From a virus (Duplodnaviria; Heunggongvirae; Uroviricota; Caudoviricetes): a DNA stretch of 8,663 bases. The notes under the pieces are model-generated. The model saw nothing but the letters and a program-made list of their open reading frames with translations. It searched no databases and was not told where the DNA came from. Positions 1 through 8,663 of this stretch are shown in pieces; position 1 is the first letter of the stretch, and every line of letters starts with the position of its first letter. The stretch lies in IMG/VR virus record IMGVR_UViG_2690316149_000023, one strand, 5' to 3'. The position numbers and the translations under genes were made by a program.

Positions 1-19
1 ATGGCGCTCATAAATCTGG

Positions 20-25
20 TATACT
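20..25 (+). promoter_or_regulatory. candidate -10 hexamer (TATACT) of the ssrA promoter; -35 would lie at or beyond the window start
   Basis: TATACT sits about 14 nt upstream of the mature tmRNA 5' end (GGGGCUGAUUC at 40). Position relative to the RNA gene is the only support. Confidence 0.4.
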
Positions 26-39
26 TACCTTTACACATT

Positions 40-402
40 GGGGCTGATTCTGGATTCGACGGGATTTGCGAAACCCAAGGTGCATGCCGAGGGGCGGTTG
101 GCCTCGTAAAAAGCCGCAAAAAATAGTCGCAAACGACGAAAACTACGCTTTAGCAGCTTAATAACCTGCTTAGAGCCCTCTCTCCCTAGCCTCCGCTCTT
201 AGGACGGGGATCAAGAGAGGTCAAACCCAAAAGAGATCGCGTGGAAGCCCTGCCTGGGGTTGAAGCGTTAAAACTTAATCAGGCTAGTTTGTTAGTGGCG
301 TGTCCGTCCGCAGCTGGCAAGCGAATGTAAAGACTGACTAAGCATGTAGTACCGAGGATGTAGGAATTTCGGACGCGGGTTCAACTCCCGCCAGCTCCAC
401 CA
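40..402 (+). ncRNA. ssrA: tmRNA (SsrA, 10Sa RNA), complete 363-nt mature form
   Basis: Begins GGGGCTGATTCTGGATTCGACGGG and ends the tRNA-like domain with GGTTCAACTCCCGCCAGCTCCACCA. The internal tag reading frame at 129..161 (GCA AAC GAC GAA AAC TAC GCT TTA GCA GCT TAA) encodes ANDENYALAA-stop, the canonical enterobacterial degradation tag. Recognised from memory of the E. coli sequence. Confidence 0.95.
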
Positions 403-530
403 ATCATGATTGGACGGTGTAAGGACAACACCAATAAAAACAGGAAGTTAGCAGTCTCAGCAGGACACCGACCAGACGGTGAGGAGACAAAAAAGGATAC
501 GCAAAGGAGCCGCGGCTCCCAAGTGACATG

Positions 531-561
531 AAAGCCCGCTAATGCGGGCTTTTTCGTTTTT
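531..561 (+). terminator. rho-independent terminator-like hairpin (GCCCGC-taat-GCGGGC followed by a T-run)
   Basis: Perfect 6-bp GC-rich stem (AAAGCCCGC / GCGGGCTTT) with a 4-nt loop, followed by TTTTTCGTTTTTATT on the plus strand. Lies about 130 nt downstream of the tmRNA CCA end. Confidence 0.6.
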
Positions 562-948
562 ATTACCTGCGGCAACACGCTATCCCTCTTCGTGTTATGG
601 GATGGAATTCCTTTTTACCTTCATTGGTACTTTCGGATACCAGATAACACCATTACCTATTTGACCAATGGCAGCGAAGCTGGTTTAAATAACCTCTCTA
701 GCAAACAAGTACAACTAAGTTAAGCGGCCAAAAAAAATCGCAATAAAACGTGCAATTACATTAACTAAGTAGGACGTTTTTAACACAAAAACATCGATTA
801 AAAAACGCACTGTGACAAACACTGAAAAAACAAGCATCACACACATTTTTTATTCATGTTTATCAATATGTTAAAATATAACCTTACTAATCTTGAACTC
901 ATCATCCGCTAATGTAGTTATATTATAAATAGCGCAGTGTGACACTCA

Positions 949-2457
949 ATGAAACCATCCATAGAACAACTTCTACATATCTACGGGCCGATGTCCTCAT
1001 CTGCCTTAAGAGAAAAACTGATAGCCAATGGCCTAACAGAAGTTAACGCCAGACAGCGAATCTCCCGCGTTGGAGGTGATGTTCAACGTTTTACTCATTT
1101 TTCTTTGCCCAAAAATGAAGCATTTCTCTATCTGACAAAGGACTATAACTCTCGTCGATATTGGATTGCATTGCTTGAAAGTCATGTAAATGCAAGAACA
1201 GTCTATGCTCACACCTTTTTCGCTTTCCACCCTTATCAAGGGGCGATCCCGACATATCTTTTTAGCAAGGTTTCAGGGAGTCCGGACAAACTGAAGGGAC
1301 ACATTGCGTCAAGCCGTCTTGAAGCGCAATTGCTTAAAGGTTCAGTTCTGCGTAGGGAAGTTGATGTCGTTTTGGGGGATTGTCTTGTTACTTACATAAA
1401 TAATATTAACGGGGTAACGGATACCCAACATGTCCGAAACCAATTGCTGGTTGAAGATATTCTCATTAAAGGTGTAGCTGACTGGATTAAACACAATAGC
1501 CTTGGCAGCTTTAATAAGGTCCAAGTCCGTAACTCTCAGAATATGCCTTCATTTAGCCATCACCATTGGGACATATGTGCTCCGTCATATATTATGCCTT
1601 TAGCAACAGTACAAAAAGGTGAAATGAGTAATGGCTTCATTGTTGCAGATGTCATATACAATGATTTAGATAGCAAAAGCATCCAAACCTATCTCACGAA
1701 AGTACAGCGATGCAGAAATATGCGAAATACTCGCCCGTTTCTAGCTATGCTGATTGCAGAACGTTTTGATCCAGAAGCCTTTCGCCTTGCGAAACAAGCT
1801 GGTGTAATGGCTACAACAGTATCTAACCTACTTGGTCAAGACATTTCAGCACTACTGTCCAGTTTATTAAATACTCTTAATCGTGCCAGTGCTATTGCGG
1901 CAGCAAACCCAGAAAAAATCAACGAACTATTTAAAGGACTTACGAGGATTGAAGGCGCCGCAATCAATATAAGAGGCGTAATGTTTGAAATGTTAGTTGG
2001 TCACATCGTACTGAAAACCCAAAATGTCAGCACTGTGGACTTGAATAAACAAATCAGTACCGAGGCAGGTAAGGCTGAAATAGATGTGATTGGTTTTAGA
2101 GGCGAAGCAGAAATTAAGTGCTACGAATGTAAAGGCTATGAAGTTAAGCGACTAATTTCAGTCGAAATGATCGAAAAGTGGCTCGAACGAGTTCAACGCA
2201 TCAGAAAATTCTACAGTCAGATTCATGTGTACCGTGACCGAAAAATGACTTTTTCATTCTGGACCTCATCAGATTTTGAACCTGAAGCACTTGAGCTGCT
2301 GCTTCATCAGAAGCAAAGAAATACAAAAATATCATTAGACTGGAAAAATGGACGTGACATTCTTTCCATTGTTAAGGAAGACAATCTGAAATCAATTGCA
2401 GATGTTCTTCAGGAACATTATCTTCGACACCCACTGGCTCCTGATGCAGATATGTAA
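949..2457 (+). CDS. hypothetical protein, 502 aa, no recognisable family; possible N-terminal winged-helix-like region and a C-terminal PD-(D/E)xK-like motif (tentative)
   Basis: Longest ORF in the window, with no competing ORF on either strand. Codon usage is AT-rich (about 37-40% GC on sampled lines, against about 52% in the tail-fibre part). It follows about 350 bp of very AT-rich upstream sequence. Start codon at 949 has only a weak Shine-Dalgarno; an alternative start is Met15 at 991. Tentative motif: D379 ... E388-I-K390 / E393-C-K395 inside EIDVIGFRGEAEIKCYECKG (nt 2077..2133). Confidence 0.8.
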   Translation: MKPSIEQLLHIYGPMSSSALREKLIANGLTEVNARQRISRVGGDVQRFTHFSLPKNEAFLYLTKDYNSRRYWIALLESHVNARTVYAHTFFAFHPYQGAIPTYLFSKVSGSPDKLKGHIASSRLEAQLLKGSVLRREVDVVLGDCLVTYINNINGVTDTQHVRNQLLVEDILIKGVADWIKHNSLGSFNKVQVRNSQNMPSFSHHHWDICAPSYIMPLATVQKGEMSNGFIVADVIYNDLDSKSIQTYLTKVQRCRNMRNTRPFLAMLIAERFDPEAFRLAKQAGVMATTVSNLLGQDISALLSSLLNTLNRASAIAAANPEKINELFKGLTRIEGAAINIRGVMFEMLVGHIVLKTQNVSTVDLNKQISTEAGKAEIDVIGFRGEAEIKCYECKGYEVKRLISVEMIEKWLERVQRIRKFYSQIHVYRDRKMTFSFWTSSDFEPEALELLLHQKQRNTKISLDWKNGRDILSIVKEDNLKSIADVLQEHYLRHPLAPDADM

Positions 2458-2686
2458 TGTGGATAAGCCTAAGGTTTATTTAGCTGCCTTTGATGCTGTC
2501 TATTACCGAATTGTGATGGTCTGCCCAGTACAAAAATATCATTCTGGGCGAATTGATTTAGAGGGTTCACCGGCTCTAAGAGAGCCGATATATGGCTAGT
2601 GTCTGAGTTCCCAAGAGCTCGACAGTTTGGGCTGTAAAGTTGTGCTGTCTGCCAGCATCAATCTTTACCGGTGGCCTGCATCATGT

Positions 2687-3241
2687 CTAATCCCTGCCTA
2701 CAGGAAATTTTCGGTATAGTGTTGACACTCCTACATCATAAATTAATGCTACGCGCTGACGCGTTTCTCCTGCAGCGATTAGTCTCCCTGCCTGCGCCCA
2801 CTGCTCATCCGTTAGTTTTGGCTTACGTCCACCAATTCGTCCCTGTGCGCGAGCAGCTTCCAGTCCAGCTTTTGTTCGTTCAACAATCAGTTCACGCTCC
2901 ATTTCAGCCAGGGCACCCATCACATGAAAGAAAAAGCGCCCCATTGGGGTACTAGTATCAATTGAATCCGTCAGACTACGAAAGTTGATGCCTCGTTCGC
3001 GCAACTCCTCAACCAGAATGACCAGATGCCGCATACTACGCCCCAGCCGATCCAGCTTCCAGACAACCAGAGTGTCACCTGCCGATAATGTCCTGAGCAG
3101 TTTTTTCAGTCCAGGCCTTTCGGACTTTGTACCGCTTATCTTGTCTTCAAAAATCAGCTCGCATCCTGCACAGTTCAGCGCATTACGTTGTAGATCTGTG
3201 TTCTGGTCATTTGTTGACACACGTACATAGCCAATAAGCAT
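2687..3241 (-). CDS. pin: site-specific DNA invertase, small serine recombinase of the Gin/Pin/Hin/Cin family (184 aa)
   Basis: N-terminus MLIGYVRVSTNDQNTDLQ with the catalytic Ser in the VRVSTNDQ motif; conserved core LVVWKLDRLGRSMRHL and FFHVMGALAEMERELIVERT; C-terminal HTH region (ALIYDVGVSTLYRKF). Start at 3241 is preferred over the ORF-track start at 3277 because an AGGGAG Shine-Dalgarno sits 7 nt upstream of the 3241 ATG and family N-termini begin MLIGY. The symbol is family-level only; I cannot tell pinE, pinR, gin or cin apart from memory. Confidence 0.93.
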   Translation of the reverse strand: MLIGYVRVSTNDQNTDLQRNALNCAGCELIFEDKISGTKSERPGLKKLLRTLSAGDTLVVWKLDRLGRSMRHLVILVEELRERGINFRSLTDSIDTSTPMGRFFFHVMGALAEMERELIVERTKAGLEAARAQGRIGGRKPKLTDEQWAQAGRLIAAGETRQRVALIYDVGVSTLYRKFPVGRD

Positions 3242-3267
3242 GGTAGATCTCCCTGACAAAAGCAGGA

Positions 3268-6135
<2,868 letters not shown>

Positions 6136-6138
6136 TCC

Positions 6139-6442
6139 ATGCATCGTATAGACACGAAAACCGCGCAGAAGGATAAGTTCGGCGCGGGTAAGAACGGTTT
6201 TACCCGTGGTAACCCCCAGACCGGCACACCTGCCACCGATCTGGATGATGACTACTTTGACATGTTGCAGGAAGAACTCTGCAGCGTGGTGGAGGCATCC
6301 GGTGCCAGCCTGGAGAAGGGGCGGCATGACCAGCTGCTTACCGCGCTTCGTGCGCTGCTGTTAAGCCGCAAGAATCCGTTTGGCGATATCAAATCTGATG
6401 GCACGGTGAAAACGGCTCTCGAAAACCTTGGTTTGGGAGAAG
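6139..6442. repeat. inverted repeat arm A (304 bp): fibre constant region plus crossover site
   Basis: Reverse complement of 8360..8663; identity checked at both ends and through identical N-terminal protein sequence. The true extent may be longer, since the partner arm runs off the window edge. Confidence 0.85.
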
Positions 6443-6900
6443 GTTCGGCATTACCCGTTGGTGTGCCTGTTCCGTGGCCTTCCGCCACTCCGCCAACGGG
6501 GTGGCTAAAATGTAACGGAGCAGTATTTTCTTCTGAAAAGTACCCAAATCTGGCAAAGGCTTACCCAACATTAAAATTACCAGATTTACGCGGTGAATTT
6601 ATTCGTGGCTGGGATGATGGGCGCGGGATTGACTCTGGTCGTAACTTATTATCTGCACAGAATGATGCAATTCAGAATATTGTTGGTTCTTTTGGGCGTA
6701 CCCAGCTTTTTAGAGACGTACTTAGTTCAGGGCCATTTAGTCAACATGGGCAAGTATTATCTACAGGTCTAAAGGAAGCCGAAATTATTGAGGGTTATGG
6801 CGCTTATAACTGGACATTCGACGCATCTCGCTCAGTTCGCACAGCATCTGAAACCCGCTCCCGTAACATCGCCTTTAATTATATTGTGAGGGCTGCATGA
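6139..6900 (+). CDS. tail-fibre protein (constant N-terminal region Sc fused to variable C-terminal receptor-binding region Sv1), 253 aa
   Basis: The N-terminal 101 aa ([17 protein letters not shown] ... [23 protein letters not shown] ...) resemble the conserved baseplate-attachment N-terminus of Mu S / e14 Stf-type fibres. The C-terminus carries the PWP...GWLKCNG...[17 protein letters not shown] motif. The reading frame runs straight through crossover site 2, and the stop overlaps the start of the downstream assembly gene (ATGA). Confidence 0.9.
   Translation: MHRIDTKTAQKDKFGAGKNGFTRGNPQTGTPATDLDDDYFDMLQEELCSVVEASGASLEKGRHDQLLTALRALLLSRKNPFGDIKSDGTVKTALENLGLGEGSALPVGVPVPWPSATPPTGWLKCNGAVFSSEKYPNLAKAYPTLKLPDLRGEFIRGWDDGRGIDSGRNLLSAQNDAIQNIVGSFGRTQLFRDVLSSGPFSQHGQVLSTGLKEAEIIEGYGAYNWTFDASRSVRTASETRSRNIAFNYIVRAA
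6416..6441. other. invertase crossover site 2 (26 bp), inside the fibre gene at the constant/variable junction; direct orientation relative to site 1
   Basis: CTCTCGAAAACC-TT-GGTTTGGGAGAA fits the Gin-family site pattern. The inner half is identical to site 1 and the whole site is identical (as reverse complement) to site 3. Confidence 0.8.
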
Positions 6901-7458
6901 TAAGTAAAGCTGTATTAAATAATGAACTCATCGCCACAAAGGCCGGAGACATTACCGTTTATAATTATGATGGTGAAACACGGGAATATATTTCCACATC
7001 AACTGAATATCTTGCTGTGGGTGTTGGTATCCCGGCATGTTCCTGTTTAGATGCTCCTGGCTCATATAAAGCTGGTTATGCAATTTGCCGTTCTGCAGAT
7101 TTTAACTCATGGGAATATGTGCCAGACCATCGCGGTGAAATCGTCTATAGCACCGAAACAGGAGAATCAAAAGAAATCACAGTTCCGGGTGATTACCCTG
7201 AAAATACAACCACTATCGCCCCGTTAACGTCATACGATAAATGGGATGGTGAGAAATGGGTGACCGATACTGAGGCACAGCATAACGCCGCAGTAGACGC
7301 GGCAGAAGTACGGCGCCAGTCACTGATTGATGCTGCTATGGCTTCCATTAGTCTGATTCAGCTGAAATTGCAGGCCGGGCGGAAGCTGACGCAGGCAGAA
7401 ACAACCCGGCTTAACGCTGTGCTGGATTACATTGACGCGGTGACTGCAACAGATACCA
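6428..7458. repeat. direct repeat copy B (1,031 bp), apparently identical to 3308..4338
   Basis: See copy A. Confidence 0.85.
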
Positions 7459-7502
7459 GCACCGCGCCGGATGTCATCTGGCCTGAACTACCGGAGGCGT
7501 AG
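6897..7502 (+). CDS. tail-fibre assembly protein (chaperone) U1, 201 aa
   Basis: Start is coupled to the fibre gene stop. C-terminal region ([51 protein letters not shown]) is typical of Tfa / gpU / gpG-family chaperones. The 3' end overlaps the convergent U2 gene, as in Mu G and P1 C segments. Confidence 0.9.
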   Translation: MISKAVLNNELIATKAGDITVYNYDGETREYISTSTEYLAVGVGIPACSCLDAPGSYKAGYAICRSADFNSWEYVPDHRGEIVYSTETGESKEITVPGDYPENTTTIAPLTSYDKWDGEKWVTDTEAQHNAAVDAAEVRRQSLIDAAMASISLIQLKLQAGRKLTQAETTRLNAVLDYIDAVTATDTSTAPDVIWPELPEA

Positions 7503-7917
7503 GCCATTCAATATCTGGAGCACTGGAGGTATCAACCAGTTCCAGTGCGTCCAGATAATCCAGCCATAAATTATATTGTTCCAGCTCGTAACCTTTCAGA
7601 CGACCAATAGCAGCTTTGCCAGGCCACTGATGGGTATTGATGTAGGTATTGACTTCTGAAACCAAAGATATCTTTTTCATTTCAGCCGCCAGCATCTCAT
7701 CCTCTTTTGAAGGCGGCGGGGAATTAATCCATATTGGCCGTCCTGAACTGTCAGCGCCAATTTCTTTCCCTTCTGGATGCAGCCCAAGAAATTGCTCATA
7801 TGTTTCTCTGGTAATTTCAATAACATCATCAGGAAGCGTTCCCGCATCCTCATATTCTGGAAACAATTCTTGCAGATAAAAACTTTTACTTGCGGGTGAA
7901 AAGAATACTGAGTTCAT
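7474..7917 (-). CDS. tail-fibre assembly protein (chaperone) U2, 147 aa, partner of the alternative fibre tail Sv2
   Basis: Lies 2 nt downstream of the minus-strand fibre gene. The C-terminus ([26 protein letters not shown]) shows the same Tfa-type signature as U1. Confidence 0.85.
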   Translation of the reverse strand: MNSVFFSPASKSFYLQELFPEYEDAGTLPDDVIEITRETYEQFLGLHPEGKEIGADSSGRPIWINSPPPSKEDEMLAAEMKKISLVSEVNTYINTHQWPGKAAIGRLKGYELEQYNLWLDYLDALELVDTSSAPDIEWPTPPVVQAR

Positions 7918-7919
7918 TC

Positions 7920-8663
7920 TTACCGTCCAATGATTAACGCTGAGACGCTGGTATCTGAAGGAAAGGCTGCATTCAGTGGTTTGTCGACTTTGAACACAAT
8001 CGTATTATTCCCCCTGACAGCGGCAAAAGAACAAACCGCCGTCGCGTATGAACCTGTAATATTACTGGATACACCACCATAAGCTGTTGTTGATACCAGA
8101 GGGATAACGCCCAGCACCTTATTAGGAAATACAAAGGGCAATGTGGCTGTGGCAATATAAGACTTATTAGAACCTGTAATGGCATAAGCATTATCAGTCA
8201 TTCCATTCATCGCCACTGGACCGCTTATACTTACAGTAACCATCTGAATGATTAGCCCGTCAGGTTGACGAATCACAAAATTTCCATTGCCACCAGTAAC
8301 CGTCCAGAAAGACATATCAGGGATTTGGTTTTCCCCGTTGCCCACATTTCGTTTTGCCGCTTCTCCCAAACCAAGGTTTTCGAGAGCCGTTTTCACCGTG
8401 CCATCAGATTTGATATCGCCAAACGGATTCTTGCGGCTTAACAGCAGCGCACGAAGCGCGGTAAGCAGCTGGTCATGCCGCCCCTTCTCCAGGCTGGCAC
8501 CGGATGCCTCCACCACGCTGCAGAGTTCTTCCTGCAACATGTCAAAGTAGTCATCATCCAGATCGGTGGCAGGTGTGCCGGTCTGGGGGTTACCACGGGT
8601 AAAACCGTTCTTACCCGCGCCGAACTTATCCTTCTGCGCGGTTTTCGTGTCTATACGATGCAT
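7920..8663 (-). CDS. tail-fibre protein, second full-length copy (same constant N-terminus Sc, alternative variable C-terminus Sv2), 247 aa
   Basis: The first 101 codons are nucleotide-identical (as an inverted repeat) to 6139..6441. After the crossover site the sequence switches to a different Gly/Ser/Thr/Asn/Val-rich C-terminal domain ([35 protein letters not shown] ...). The window ends exactly at its start codon, so upstream context is not visible. Confidence 0.9.
   Translation of the reverse strand: MHRIDTKTAQKDKFGAGKNGFTRGNPQTGTPATDLDDDYFDMLQEELCSVVEASGASLEKGRHDQLLTALRALLLSRKNPFGDIKSDGTVKTALENLGLGEAAKRNVGNGENQIPDMSFWTVTGGNGNFVIRQPDGLIIQMVTVSISGPVAMNGMTDNAYAITGSNKSYIATATLPFVFPNKVLGVIPLVSTTAYGGVSSNITGSYATAVCSFAAVRGNNTIVFKVDKPLNAAFPSDTSVSALIIGR
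8360..8663. repeat. inverted repeat arm B (304 bp visible, window-limited)
   Basis: See arm A. Confidence 0.85.
8361..8386. other. invertase crossover site 3 (26 bp), inverted orientation relative to sites 1 and 2
   Basis: TTCTCCCAAACCAAGGTTTTCGAGAG is the exact reverse complement of site 2. Confidence 0.8.

Noticed and set aside
381-578. 65-aa minus-strand ORF overlapping the 3' end of ssrA and the terminator
   Set aside because: It lies antisense to a structured RNA gene and a terminator hairpin, has no RBS, and its translation looks like low-complexity noise.
809-947. Possible CRP-type operator (TGTGA half-sites) upstream of the orphan gene
   Set aside because: Only one TGTGA half-site per motif and no properly spaced TCACA partner. 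Kept as a generic repeat observation, not called as a CRP site.
1033-1524. Minus-strand ORFs 1033..1239 and 1342..1524 inside the 502-aa gene
   Set aside because: Short antisense ORFs wholly embedded in a much longer, coherent ORF. Typical chance ORFs in AT-rich DNA.
2396-3230. Plus-strand ORFs 2396..2599, 2671..2955 and 2985..3230
   Set aside because: The first overlaps the end of the 502-aa gene out of frame. The other two are antisense to the well-supported invertase gene.
7649-8550. ORFs 7649..7879, 7973..8191 and 8287..8550
   Set aside because: Antisense to the U2 chaperone and second fibre gene. No independent support.

Overview
The window starts with a complete tmRNA gene (ssrA, 40..402), a known integration hotspot, and runs into the end of a prophage-like element. 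Order of content: (i) a ~550-bp AT-rich non-coding stretch with a terminator hairpin; (ii) one long, AT-rich orphan gene (949..2457, 502 aa) with no family I can recognise, which is the best candidate for an undescribed accessory or anti-phage function; (iii) a Gin/Pin/Hin/Cin-family serine DNA invertase (2687..3241, minus); (iv) a rearranged invertible tail-fibre locus with three 26-bp crossover sites, a 1,031-bp perfect direct repeat, a 304-bp perfect inverted repeat carrying the fibre constant region, two full-length fibre genes with identical N-termini and different C-terminal domains, and two tail-fibre assembly genes; (v) an IS3-family insertion sequence (about 4339..5575, minus) that truncates one tail-fibre assembly copy and a P2 gpI / Mu gp48-like baseplate gene. 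Everything here is read from the sequence and ORF translations by eye; no database search or computation was run. Family assignments rest on recalled motifs, and GC values are rough counts on sampled lines.
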